This document shows, piece after piece, positions 39,745 through 53,029 of a stretch of 64,000 bases of DNA. Origin of the DNA: Octopus sinensis (taxonomy: Eukaryota). Both the position numbers and the translations under genes were made by a program. How positions within the stretch are numbered: position 1 is the stretch's first letter; every line of letters begins with the position of its first letter. Under the pieces are notes generated by a model, which saw nothing but the letters and a program-made list of their open reading frames with translations, did not search any database and was not told the origin of the DNA. The stretch covers positions 52,266,001 through 52,330,000 of the forward strand of contig NC_043014.1 of the NCBI RefSeq assembly GCF_006345805.1. The letters are read 5' to 3'.

Positions 39745-41444
39745 ATATTTTATTATATGTTATGATGCCCTCACTAGATTAGCTAATAAAACTTAATCAT
39801 TGTCATTGACGAATATGAAGTAAAGTGAAATAGAACCAGTGGGTGTGTGTTTATTATTGAAAGAACAAATTATGTTTTAACAGACAAGTTCTTTCAAGTA
39901 ACATGCAAACCGAATTAAAACAGAATTCTCACTTTGAATTATACCATTATGAAGTATAAAAGAGAAGTAGAATTACTGAGAACAAATCAAAAAATTGTTT
40001 GGAGCAATATATCTAAACACTTCAGAAATTGAAAGAAAAGCAATGTGAACAGCTTTGATTTTCTTTTTCACTTCCTTAACCGTACTTTTGAGTCAAAAAA
40101 CTCAATTCAATAAGATGTGAAATACGTTTCGTCTGTGTAGCGTGTGTGGTTTAATGAATTCCAATCCCTCCAGACGGAAATCTTTGGAAAAATTAAGTGA
40201 CACTCAATTTATTCTTATTGTGTTCATTCTCCAAGAAGAAATGCTCTTCCACATCATAAGACATTTTCATTTTCTCACAATTGATAATTTCTCTACAGGT
40301 CGCGAATGGTAACACCAACATCTATTTTCTTTGAAACGGCGTTTGCCATACTTGAGAATATCGAACTATTTTGCAAGTGTGGAGATATTTTATATTGTAA
40401 AAGCATATCAACATCCAGAAGAGCGAAAATTAAGGACCGATGCTAAATATGTGGACAAATTTAAAGTAATGTTTTAATTCACCATGATTGAGTACAGATT
40501 ATCAGTAACATCAGAATCTAATTTTGTTTAGGCCATTCCATTAAGCCATCTTACTTCTGGTCGAAGATTTCATAGACATGGTCAGGATGATTTTGATTCT
40601 GCCCAACGAACCAGTTTTTACCTAATGTATGTACATACGTACACGTGTGTGTTTAGTGTTTGTGTGTGTGTGTTTAGTGCGTGTGTGTGTGTGTGTTTAA
40701 TGTGTGTGTGTATTTATATCTGTGTTACACCTATATTCGCATGTATGGATATTGCATTTTTCAAGCTCGGTTTTATTTATGAAAGCCTATACATTTTGAA
40801 GTGAACAAACAGAGCTGTAAAGAACTTCGACATGTAAATAGCATATAATCATAGGCTAATATGAATTTATCATTTTAAGGTAGGATTAGGTATAACAATG
40901 GTCAGACTTAATATACAGAGAGTAAAAACGGGTTTATTGTGAATTTAGAGTTGAGTAGAAATTCTAGTTTAGAATTTCAGCTTGTTCAGTTACACTGGTT
41001 GCACAAGCTAAATGACAAAATTTGATAGCTCGATGCATTTATTGTTCGCAAATATCACTTATGCATATAGATCTCCACTGATCAAACGGTTTTGATTCGA
41101 ACTACGGAATTGGTATTTTTTATGTTAAACTACCTGGCTGTAAACCTGATTGAATACAACTATAAACAAAGGTAGGGGGACTAATAACCATTAGAATTCT
41201 TAATATTTTCATAGAATTTTAATATCTAATATGATATCCCTTATTGTAAGACGAAACCGCGATTTTCCATAGAGATTTGACTGCTGTTTCTAACACAGAT
41301 GTAGTGAGTGAGAGCTCCGTGTGTCTCAAATATGTGGCGCACACATGCACGTTTCAATATGCCTTGTGTTTGTGATTTTGTTACACAGAAGTCTCTCTAC
41401 ATAAATGTGACTCTCTATGTATGTGCCCATATAATTTATACATG

Positions 41445-41478
<34 letters not shown>

Positions 41479-42844
41479 AATGTATGCATTTGTAATGTGT
41501 CACACTTCAGGCATACAAACATTTGAAAGCAAGGAAAAGAGAAAGTCAGCGTAGAAACAGAATTGAATGGTGAACTACTAAAAGTTTCATTTATATCTGC
41601 GGTATATTTCTTACATTTGTATTAATAATTTAACAAGAAATGGAACCAGAAGAAAAATCTAAAGGATGAGATCAAAGATATGAATGACCAATAACAGATA
41701 TTATATCAGATCAGTCACGCGATTGCATGTTACGAGTCTATAGCGGAAATCGAACATGATGAATTTTATGTCTTGCAGTCTTTGCTTGGTAAGCAATATC
41801 GTGCGTGTGCACAAGTCGTATTCTGTTTCGCTGTCGTACACACACGGGCACACACACACACAGACACTTGTTTAAGCCTGTATGTGGGAGTGTGTTATAT
41901 ACATATATGTGTATATACAAATATACATAAATATTTACAAAGGTGTATTATATTGAATGTATTTATATATTCCTTTCGCTCTCTATCTTTCATATTCTCA
42001 CACCGACACTCTCTCCCTGGGCGTTGTGTGTGCTTATGGTTATAATTTTCAGTGACAGAATCACCTTCCAATATATGTGTACACAAACTCATTCCATCGC
42101 ACAAATACAGATTCACTCACTCCCACACACTCAGTTATATACGCTACACACTTCTACACCAGCGTATATGTTTATACAGAAGGATAAAGTTCCTCTGTTA
42201 CTGCCTTGTCTCTATCGTTGCATTCCCATTATCCGGGATAATTATGACTTTCTCCTTCGGGAATACAAACAATGCTATTGTAAGCAACCAATAACTTATT
42301 CATACACCTGAATTCTACATATCTCCATCGTGTTTTCTCTTCTGTACTTATATCCTAAGTGTTAATACTTGAAGTACAATACGAAGTGGATCGCTACAAC
42401 TACATATGGTAAAGAATTTCGAGATAGAGAGAGAGAGGGAAAGAGTGCTCGTATTTCAACAAGGTTAGAGCGATCGCGGTGGTTGTTAAGATGTGTTTCA
42501 GGATTGACAAACATCCAGGAAGTGTTAAGAATGGTGCTTATATTTCCAAAGAAATATTTACACTTGATACAATGTGTGTATTTCAAACATATTATCAATG
42601 AAATATAATGCTTCTCCACATTAAAGACATTATGTTATCTGCTAACGGAGACATAACTGATCAGAGAAGATCCAATATAATTCCATTAAAAAATTAACCA
42701 AACTTGCCCTATGCACGGAAACACATTATGTGAAAGCGCATGGTTAAGTGGTAAGGTTATTCGGGCCACGATTATAAGGTCGTGAATTCGATTTCCAACG
42801 TCACATTTTTCCTTGGGCAAGGCATTTTATTTCCTTTTAGTCAG

Positions 42845-43050
42845 CTGGTACTTTATTTATCGATGCCGAAAGGATGAAAGGCAAAGTCGAGTTAAAATTC
42901 CGCCGAGGTCGACTCTGCCTTTCATCCTTTCGGAGTCGATAGATAAAGTACCAGTTTCGCACTGGGGTCGATGTAATCGATTTAATCCATTTCTATGTCT
43001 TTGTTTGTCCCCTCTATGTTTAGCTCCTTGTGGTTGGCAGTAAAGAAATA
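42845..43050 (+). mobile_element. 5'-truncated SINE family C preceded by an inverted copy of its own core
   Basis: 46-bp arms 42845-42890 and 42909-42954, then the normal tail. Confidence 0.85.
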
Positions 43051-43704
43051 TATATATATATATATAGATAGATAGATAGATATCAGGCGCGTGCCCTCAG
43101 TAATTGCTCGGGGTAGGCAGTTCGTGACGTCTAGTAAAACACACAATTAAGTGACACACCACAGGCGCGCGATTAATTTGTAGGTAAATTTACTTCTCCC
43201 TTCATAGCAGCACTTGGACTACAGAAGTTCTATACTTAAATCCGGAGATTGAAAAGCGAGGGAAAATTATGCCTATCTAAACTACAAGAAAAAAATGTTT
43301 TGTATTTTATGTATAGTAATCAGAGAAACCTTCATAATTTTATTGAATTATAAAGAAGAGTACGTTTTGCACGAAAGCCAATATGAGAGTTTCTCTCGTG
43401 GTATCTACCGCAGTATAGTTTGTTCTAACAGAACATCTACATTTAAGTGAGGGATAAATTATACTTCAAATGAAAGATTCAAGAAAACTTTCGATTATCT
43501 ACGAACGTTGATACCGGGTCAGCCCACCAATCTTAGGGGAGGTAAACTGCTACGAACTCAGTCATTGACCAACTTCCAGTCATAAACCGACAACATTGCG
43601 GATAGATGATAAATTCTATATAATTTTCTTTATTATCTTATAAACAAACACATATCTATTTATCTACTTATCTAACTATACATATGTCACTGCAGCTGTG
43701 GTGG

Positions 43705-43724
43705 AGTATATACGCGTGTGAGTG

Positions 43725-43812
<88 letters not shown>

Positions 43813-43990
43813 GATATACAAATATATATATAAATACGTGTGTGGTGTATATATATGTATATATATATATACGTGTGAGGGATATATATATATATAATAT
43901 ATATATATATGTATATACGTGTAAGGGGTATATATATATATATATATATATATACATGGGTGGATATATACATACATATATATGTGTGTA
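43705..43990. repeat. Compound (TA)n/(TG)n microsatellite
   Basis: Visible runs. Confidence 0.9.
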
Positions 43991-45647
43991 TGTATGTGGC
44001 TGTATATATAATATGTATGTATATATATGCGTTTCATTGGATTATGTTTCTGCGTATATATCTGTTTTATGACTATTTGTAAGCTCAATACAATATTTGC
44101 ATTTCTTTCGTTTTATTTTTGCATATGTATAAGCAGAAGCATAAACCATAATGATATGCGATACTTATACATATAACATGTAATGATACCCGATATGTGG
44201 AAGAACGAATAGTATTAGTTATTCGAGATGACTTTTGTATATTTGATAATTTACTATTACAATGAAAATTACAAATCAGTGGTTTTTATTATCTAAAACA
44301 GGATGCATCATTACTAAATCATAAGGCATGACAAAATACATTGCGTATCTCTCGGAAATTACGTCACGTGGATAGCCATGCACCGTGATTGCGTTGCTAA
44401 TGTTACACACAATGTTAGCTTCATTATGCGATATTATATAACACTTGTCGATATCATTGCGACGTAATAAGCTAATTGTAATCTGAAATATGCTGATGTA
44501 AGCCTAAAAATATCTGCAATTCTGTTGTTTATCATTCCGGTGATTAATATGCGTCTGTGTTGTCAATAGTGATATGAATATTTCTGAAATAACATGTCGC
44601 AGATAATAATATATTGCATTCGAAATATTAAAGATGACATGGTATTACGCAAACAAATGAGTCCTTTTGTTCTGGGTTCGAACGAAGAAGTGATCACACA
44701 TCTATAAATTCTTATTCTACTCTTATAAGTATTGAAAGTGGAAATATAGAATCATCTTGCCTTGCCTTAAAAAAATATCAATTCCTTGTTTTCTCAAAGA
44801 CACGTTTCACGTAGCAACAAATCACACAGTATGTCTTCATCTTCAAGATGGCATTATTTTCTTTGAAGTAAAATTAGCTGCTACTTCTAGTAAGTACAGC
44901 GATTGTATATACTATCGATTCGTTATATTTGCTTCGCTATATGTTGGTAGACCAAGACGTTGGAAATTAAGCATCTCTGCTTTGAACATATTATTACAAA
45001 TACGATATAGATTTTTGTCCCCAGGTGCAATTTTACGCGGAATCGCTAGCAAATATCATATGCATTGATCTCAAAGCTAAAATATGACTATCCCATAATC
45101 TTTTCTTTTTTTTTTAGATTGTTATAAGGAGGTTTGATATTGGAATTTCCCCTTTTAATCTCAATGCTATTGTATTTTCTTTGAAAACAATGGTTTTCTT
45201 ACTATTGGTGCTGCGTTGCTATCCGTTATCCACCTGTTCCAAGATCAAGGAACTTTCGTTCGTGGCCGTCTTATTATCATGTATTCCGGTAGTGTGTATA
45301 TTAATGTTTGTACTTAACTATTCATAATAGATACACGTATTCATCCATTCAGTCACACTGTTTTGCCACAGATGGCGTTTTTTTTAGACGTATATTTGTT
45401 TTGTGTCTGAAACAGTAGTGACGTCAGAAATGTGTGTCCATGTATATAAATTACCATCGCGCCAATTTATATGGTTTCGACACAAGAGATTCCAAAATTT
45501 TGAACTTTTACATTCTCAAATTTAAGTCTCTGAAGTAACAAGTAATCTTCACACCAACTCATAAGACTAGACCCCCCCCCACACCCATGCTTTTTTGGAA
45601 TCATCATCATCATCATCATCATCGTCGTCATCATCATCATCGTGATG

Positions 45648-45792
45648 ATGGCTGTGAGCTGGCAGAATCGTTAGCACACCGGGTGAAAAGCTTAGTGGTA
45701 TCTCCCCCGTCGATACGTTCCGAGTTCAAACTCCACCGAGATCGACTGTGCCTTTCATCATTTCGGGGTCGATAAACTAAGTACAAGTTGCG
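45648..45792 (+). mobile_element. SINE family C, 5' part
   Basis: Head plus core, following a (CAT)n run. Confidence 0.85.
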
Positions 45793-46872
45793 TTAGCCTT
45801 TTGTAGCTTCCGACGATTATCGCTTAAACAGTAGCTGTCGAACACATTTCAGTCGCAACCTCAAGTTGTTATCAAAATATTTGCTCAAACCATCATCTGG
45901 GGGTATTGAACTCAGGATCAACCAATTGCAAAGCAAATACGTCTTCCACACATTTTTGTCTTCATTCAGAATGTACTTTTGATACAACAAAGCTCATTTC
46001 TTCTCGTAAATTTAATTTAAAATAATTTTCTACTCGTACAATGATCAGCTACATTATCATCGCATCTACAAATCGTCAGCTTCTTCTGTTTTCTGTTTTT
46101 TCTATTAATGAGAAACACCTACTTTTCTTGTGTTGTATACTAAACAGAAACAAATTCAAGCAACACAATTTACATTTCATTAGAAAATAATTATCAGTTT
46201 ATCAGAGACGCAGTTTCTTCTGATATATTCTAAAACTCTGTTGTGTCTATACATCTGAAGTTAATACTGTTAATATTGATATTGAATTGTTAAAGGGAAA
46301 GAAGACTGCATGCTGTGCTGCTCTTTGAAATTACTGCTGTGCAGTGTTTGAAGTTTTTGGGGCTGTGAACACGCAGAAAGGAAAATGTATGCCCCACTGT
46401 AGATGAACTGGACGTGACAAACGCACAGGATAATTCTTACACAATATCTTCTATTTTATTTTATTTTACACCGCGGCCATGCTGTGGCACCATTTTAAGA
46501 AATTTTAGTCGAATGGATCCTAGTAATTATATATTTTAAAATTGGTTGTTATCCTAACCTTCCTTTTTGCAGGACCGCTAGCTTAGGGAAATGTCAACAC
46601 ACCAACACCGGTTCTCAAACAACCAGATACACAAACACTCGCATACATGTATGTTTAGGTACTCTTTTATTACTCTTTTACTCGTTTCAGTCATTTGACT
46701 GCGGCCATGCTGGAGCACCGTCCTTAATCGGGCAACTCGACCCCGGGACTTATTCTTTTGTAAGCCCAGTACTTATTTTGCCGAACCACTAAGTAACGGG
46801 GACATAAACACACCAGCATCGGTTGTCAAGCAACGCGAGGGGGACAAACACAGACACACAAACACATACATG

Positions 46873-46912
<40 letters not shown>

Positions 46913-46923
<11 letters not shown>

Positions 46924-47480
46924 ATAAATATTAGGGAATAAATCCAAATTTACAGGGAAAAAATCAGATTTAGGATTAAATCCAATTTTATAGTAAAATA
47001 TTATAAAATATTATTAGAGACAAAACCACTATTTTGCAAAACAAACAAGGAAAGACTGAATCAATACATAAAATTTTAATAAATAGTCAAAATTAGGTAT
47101 ATGTGTATGGGTGTATATATAGTTTATTATTATATTATTATTATTTTTTTGTTTTGTTTTATATTTTATATTTAATTGTTGATAGGTTTATTTTAGTTTA
47201 TATATTGTTTATATATTGATTATATATGGATTATATATAGGTTATATATGGATTATATATTTATATTTTTTCATTCATACTTTAATTATTTTAAAATTAT
47301 TATTTTTATATTTTAAAATATTGATATTTTAGATTGGAAGTCCACCTGAAGATTGTCGATCAAGACAAGAAACAATTGTAGTGCCGGTTTTTTTTGACTA
47401 TTTATTAAAATTTTATGTATTGATTAAGTCTTTCCTTGTTTGTTTTGCAAAATAGTGGTTTTGTCTCTAATAATATTTTT

Positions 47481-47481
<1 letters not shown>
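46913..47481 (+). mobile_element. Penelope-like non-autonomous insertion with 88-bp inverted repeat and hammerhead motif
   Basis: Arms 47005-47092 and 47392-47479 (1 mismatch). (TA)n on both sides. Hammerhead immediately upstream of the right arm. Confidence 0.7.
47343..47383 (+). ncRNA. Minimal type-I hammerhead ribozyme with intact core
   Basis: cac-CTGAAGA-ttgtc(gatcaa)gacaa-GAA-ACAATTGT-A-gtg. All conserved core positions present, 5-bp helix II, palindromic helix III, GUA cleavage triplet, 3-bp helix I. Confidence 0.7.
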
Positions 47482-47574
<93 letters not shown>

Positions 47575-47578
<4 letters not shown>

Positions 47579-48900
47579 GACGGGCTTCTTTCAGTTTCCG
47601 TCTACCAAATCCACTCACAAGGCTTTGGTCAGCCCGAGGCTATAGTAGAAGACACTTGCCCAAAGTGCCACGCAGTGGGACTGAACCCGGAACCATGTGG
47701 TTGGTAAGCAAGCTACTTACCACACAGCCACTCCTCCGATGAACTTCTTTCACTTTCAGCCTTCCCAATGCACTGACAAGGCTTCGGTCGGCCTGAGGCT
47801 ATAGAATATATTTGCTCAAAAGGCCACGTCGGGAGAACCATTTGGCTGGGAATCATGCTTCTTCGCTCACAGCCATGCAAACTTTATAACGTTACTTTAT
47901 TATCAACGCACTTATTTTAGGACTGAATCTCGTAATTATAGCTCATTTGTGTAGGATTCAATTATGCGTGAATTTTACGTCACAGTGACATAATCTTTTA
48001 CTTGTTTCAGTCGTTTGACTTTGGCCATGCTTGAGCACCACCTTTAGTCGAGCAAATCGACCCCAGGTCTTATTCTTTGTAAGCCTAGTACTTATTCTAT
48101 CAGTCTCTTTTCTCGAACCGCCAAGTTACGTAAACACGCCAGCATCGGTTGTCAAGTGAATTTGGAGGGACAAACAAAGACACACAAACATACATACTTA
48201 CATATACGTGTGTATATATATATATACTATATATATATATATACGACGGGCTTCTTTCAGTTTCCGTCTACCAAATCCACTCACAAGGCTTTGGTCAGCC
48301 CGAGGCTATAGTAGAAGACACTTGCCCAAAGTGCCATGCAGTGGGACTGAACCCGGAACCATGTGGTTGGTAAACAAGCTACTTACCACACAGCCACTCC
48401 TGCGATGAACTTCTTTCACTTTCAGCCTTCCAAATGCACTGACAAGGCTTCGGTCGGCCTGAGGCTATAGAATATATTTGCTCAAAAGGCCACGTCGGGA
48501 GAACCATTTGGCTGGGAATCATGCTTCTTCGCTCACAGCCATGCAAACTTTATAACGTTACTTTATTATCAACGCACTTATTTTAGGACTGAATCTCGTA
48601 ATTATAGCTCATTTGTGTAGGATTCAATTATGCGTGAATTTTACGTCACAGTGACATAATCTTTTACTTGTTTCAGTCGTTTGACTTTGGCCATGCTTGA
48701 GCACCACCTTTAGTCGAGCAAATCGACCCCAGGTCTTATTCTTTGTAAGCCTAGTACTTATTCTATCAGTCTCTTTTCTCGAACCGCCAAGTTACGTAAA
48801 CACGCCAGCATCGGTTGTCAAGTGAATTTGGAGGGACAAACAAAGACACACAAACATACATACTTACATATACGTGTGTATATATATATACACATATTTA
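47575..48900. repeat. 666-bp tandem duplication bounded by family A SINEs
   Basis: cgatgaacttc at 47737 and 48403. About four substitutions seen between the copies. Confidence 0.95.
47995..48402 (-). mobile_element. SINE family A (chimeric copy created by the duplication)
   Basis: Tail matches the 48661 copy. Head matches the 47575 copy. Confidence 0.85.
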
Positions 48901-49064
48901 TGACGGGCTTCTTTCATTTTCCGTTTACCAAATCCACTCACAAGGCTTTGGTTGGCCGGAGGCTATAGTAGAAGATAGTCGCCCTAGGTGCTACGCAGTG
49001 GGACTGAATCCCGAACCATGTGGTTTGTAAGCAAGCTATTTACCACACAGCCTCTCCTACGCCT
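48661..49064 (-). mobile_element. SINE family A, older diverged copy
   Basis: Full length, with a more diverged head. Confidence 0.9.
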
Positions 49065-50324
49065 AACATGTTTAGCTTTCTTTGCCATTACTGATTCCTG
49101 ACAGTAATTATGAGTTCAGCGATATTCAGGTTTATATCTAATACGATATTGCATTTTTGTAGATCTTGGTGGAACTGACTGAGATGCATCTATGAAATCG
49201 GCGTGTACCATTATCGAACATTGTATTTCGAAAAAGTACAGAAAAAACATGAGATTCTCCTGTACTTCATACGTTAGTGTTTCAGAGTTTGTGTTGAACA
49301 GGTGTTTCATTAGAACAAACAGCATTATCTCTATAATGACGAAGTGTAAATTATGGGTGAATTTTATTCTGTTCTGATTTTATTCCAAATACAACAGTAA
49401 AATCTTAAATTAAGGAAAAATTTCGTAGATTTTAAGATAATCTAAACAGGCTAACTTATCGTCAGTTGGTGAGCTTCTCTTATACAGCTATTGTCTAAGG
49501 ATTAACTCTCAAAGGAAAAATTACTATTGCACTCATTAAGGCATGTCATTACCAGGTCAACTGGATTTTTTTTTTTTACTAAACCTATAAATTAAACCCG
49601 GTGTAATATCGGATTATATGATTTAGACTCTTACATCTCACATATTTATACATTTAGTCCATTATTATTTGATCCCGCTCAATAAAGTCTTCACTCATAA
49701 TCTTTGTAACTGTAAACATCCAAGTTTCAAATATATTTTCTGGCGTAACATGAACTCCACTTATCTCATATTGTCTAGACATTTCTGGGAAGATGATCTT
49801 CCAAGCAATAAATATGTTTACTAGTGAGAACATACAACACTAAACTGAAGATAATTATAATGGTAGCATTGAAATTCTGCTCCAACAAACCTTCAATTAG
49901 AATCTATAAAAATCCTTCGCGTTACAAATACGGAGGACTTCTATGTATGTGTGTGCTTGCATGTACAAACCAGTGTCAAGGAAATATATTTATTAATGCT
50001 AAAGCGAGAATGAAAACTATGGCATAACGCGAACGCATCTGAAATCCTCACATACTTATGCTTTTCATGGATGCTATGTAGCATTCAAGACTTAAGTGCA
50101 CAGACAATTTCAATTAAAGTATACAAACGATTTTGTGGTCGTGTAATTTTGCCTCGAAATATAGAATAAGACCTGCGGGAAAGAAAACAATGTTCTCGAA
50201 ACTGAAAAAAATCATACGTGTACGTATGTGATTTCATAAAAAAAGCTGCTAAACAGAATTTGTATAGGATTTTAATTTCCTTTTCTTTATTTTATATATG
50301 CGTATATACACACATGCATATATA

Positions 50325-50698
50325 TAGGAGGGGGAGCTGAAAAGGTCCTAGCTTGGTCTAAAAGAAAATAGAGGCCAGCAATTAAACTTAAATGTTGAAG
50401 TGAATCAAACGGCTTTTGTGTGTTTCTTAAATGGCTTACAAACACCTTCCACGCTGCAATTGTTTTCGTTCCAGCACACGATCTCTGATCAAATCACTTG
50501 CTATGCGAGTACATCTCCAAAAATATACGCCGGTAACTAATTACGCTTTTATTCAATATATTACCCTCTCAGATTCTCACACATATCGCGGCATCCATTC
50601 AGTTTTTCTAAGCCATGTAGTAAAACTCGGAATTTTGCGCCTTCAAACAGGCGTTTGGTGGTTTCCTTAGAGCCAGGAAATATTCAGCATCCGTCGTA
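50325..50698 (+). mobile_element. Mariner/Tc1-type MITE with degenerate TIRs
   Basis: Left taggagggggagctgaaaaggtcctagct, right (reverse complement) tacgacggatgctgaatatttcctggct. TA at both ends. No transposase. Confidence 0.75.
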
Positions 50699-50899
50699 TC
50701 CACATATATACAAACATACACATATTAAATTTTAGATTTTATGTGAAGTTTTATAGGAAAACAATTTAGTAAGCAGCGGAAGCAATCATATGTATTTTTG
50801 CAAGGAAATGGTTGTCAAGGACGTCGACGTTTCGGCTCAAGGGCTTTCAGCACTGTGTGTGTGTGTGTGTGTGTGTGCGTGTATATATATTATATATAT

Positions 50900-51062
50900 T
50901 AGTTGAAAATTACAGGAAAATAAAATACGAAGACAGGTGTATAAACAACAAGCAGGTGTGATAGTTTGACGCTCGAGAAGCTGAGAAAGACTAACGTCTC
51001 GAGCCTACGTTCTTGAAGAGAAAGGAACACGAGGGAATAAACAGAGCGATAATAAATATAAC
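50900..51062 (-). mobile_element. Short Penelope-like element, decayed
   Basis: gaagacaggtg...gacgctcgag...aacgtctcgagcctacgttcttg, next to (TA)n. Confidence 0.55.
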
Positions 51063-51151
51063 TTGAGGAGTTAACGGTCAATCATGGCGACTGATTATTT
51101 ATAAATACATGCACGCACACACACACACACACACAAACCCACACATACACG

Positions 51152-51186
<35 letters not shown>

Positions 51187-51191
51187 TATAT

Positions 51192-51363
51192 AGGCGCAGG
51201 AGTGGCTGTGTGGTAAGTAGCTTGTTTACCAACCACATGGTTCCGGGTTCAGTCCCACTGCGTGACACCTTGGGCAAGTGTCTTCTACTATAGCCTCGGG
51301 CCGACCAATGCCTTGTGAGTGGATTTAGTAGATGAAAACTGAAAGAAGCCCGTCGTATATATG

Positions 51364-51409
<46 letters not shown>

Positions 51410-51630
51410 TGTGTGTGTTTGTGTGTCTGTGGTTGTCCCCCTAGCATTGCTTGACAACCGATGCTGTTATGTTTATGTCTCCGTTACTTAGCGGTTCGGC
51501 ACAAAAGACCGATAGAATAAGTACTGGGCTTACGAAAAGAATACGTCCCGGGGTCGAGTTGCTCGATTAAAGGCGGTGCTCCAGCATGGCCACAGTCAAA
51601 TGACCGAAACAAGTAAAAGAGTAAAAGAGA
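51192..51630 (+). mobile_element. SINE family A, full length
   Basis: Head, linker and tail intact. Confidence 0.95.
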
Positions 51631-52514
51631 GTGTGTATATACATACATATATATCACATACGATTGCGTGTGTGTATGCAATTTCGTTATAAACTTAACA
51701 CGAAAATCATCCATTATCTCGAGTTCCACGTGTATTCCCATATACTATTTCGGTTTCAAGGGAAGCCGTGAAAAGAATTACAGAACTGTCAATGCAACAG
51801 GATTATATAAATTACATTAAGTTACTGATAATGATTCTTTGTTATGAAAGCCGCATAAAATTCTGTAGATTTATTATATTTTAGAAACAACAAACCATCT
51901 TATTGTTTCCCTTTGTGTGTGTATTTATATCAAAAACAACGTAATTAAATGTGTTCTTTAAGATATGCAGTGGTGTGTTTTTAAGGGAGATTTTTCAACT
52001 ATTCCTATTCCATGCATTCTAGCTGAACATCGAGGTGCTCCCTCGCTGGCTCCAGATATCATCTTTTTAACGTATAACTCGTGTTGAGATGATAACGACG
52101 CTTTCTTTTAGCTGTCATACGCAGGCATTTGTGATTAGGGAATATATCGCCGACTGAATAGCTGAGAATCTTTTTGGCAAGTTCCTACATTTCATATACA
52201 AAAGCTGAATCAGCCGAAACGATGAAGCAGAAATAGTTTTGCAGAAATAGGTTACAGAAAATTTTCTATGTTTATTTACACCACAACTGTTACTGACACA
52301 TTTTTTCATAAATATAATAATGATGATGGCTGCGCTGACGATAATGCCATTGATGACAACGATGATAGGCATGATGTTGTTGATGATGATGTTATTAGCG
52401 ATTCTGATTGTTTGGCGATGTATAGAAACTTAGTTTTGTTTATGTCACGCCCAAAACAGATCGATTGAGCAGAGCCACGTACAATGGAGTTCCACTCCGG
52501 TCGTGTCTCTGTTC

Positions 52515-52656
52515 TTTCTCGCTTGCTGGGTTTTGCGGGAAGAGTACGTGCTAGATAGCTGGAAAGAACGAATAGCATGGTAACTCAGGCTGCAGGTAGC
52601 AATCCCCCTACGCCTGAAAGACTCCAGGAGTTCCATGAAAACCAGTGATAAAGAGA

Positions 52657-52690
<34 letters not shown>
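52515..52690 (+). mobile_element. R4/Dong-type 3' end with (TAA)n tail
   Basis: LLGFAGRVR..VLDS-like codons. The 3' UTR (gatagct..aaagaacg.atagcatggta...ggctgcaggtagcaa) is homologous to 53370-53425. Confidence 0.65.
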
Positions 52691-52691
<1 letters not shown>

Positions 52692-52995
52692 GGAATTCTT
52701 GGAGGTTTGAGTAATTCACCTTTGGAAACATGTTAATTCAACATCCTTAATTAATCCTTATTTAGGGACCTTTTGAGCAGGATGGGTTACTTGACCAGAA
52801 GAAAAAATTCTAACTGAGCCCCACCTGCAAAGTTATGTGCTGTCTATCTTGATATGAGATCACCATGTTGCGCACATATGGTTGTGATGCATGTGCCTTG
52901 TGTACCCTTATCAGACGGGTAGTCATGATGGGTATACTGGGCTTTGTATATTTTACCCCAGTGTCGCTTTGATGGCACGCGCTGCACTCTCACTC

Positions 52996-53028
<33 letters not shown>

Positions 53029-53029
53029 C
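52692..53029 (+). mobile_element. Unclassified retroelement 3' end with (TAA)n tail
   Basis: ~300 bp of complex sequence ending ctctcactc(AAT)n, sandwiched between TAA arrays. No coding motif seen. Confidence 0.45.

Larger units (their letters stand above)
46661..47735 (-). mobile_element. SINE family A split by an insertion into its (TA)n linker
   Basis: Tail at 46661-46912, head at ~47575-47735, foreign 570 bp in between. Confidence 0.85.

Noticed and set aside
50820-50855. gacgtttcggctcaagggctttcag as another Penelope hammerhead (minus strand)
   Set aside because: GAAACGUC is present but the CUGANGA and helix II are too degraded. It is at most a fossil.
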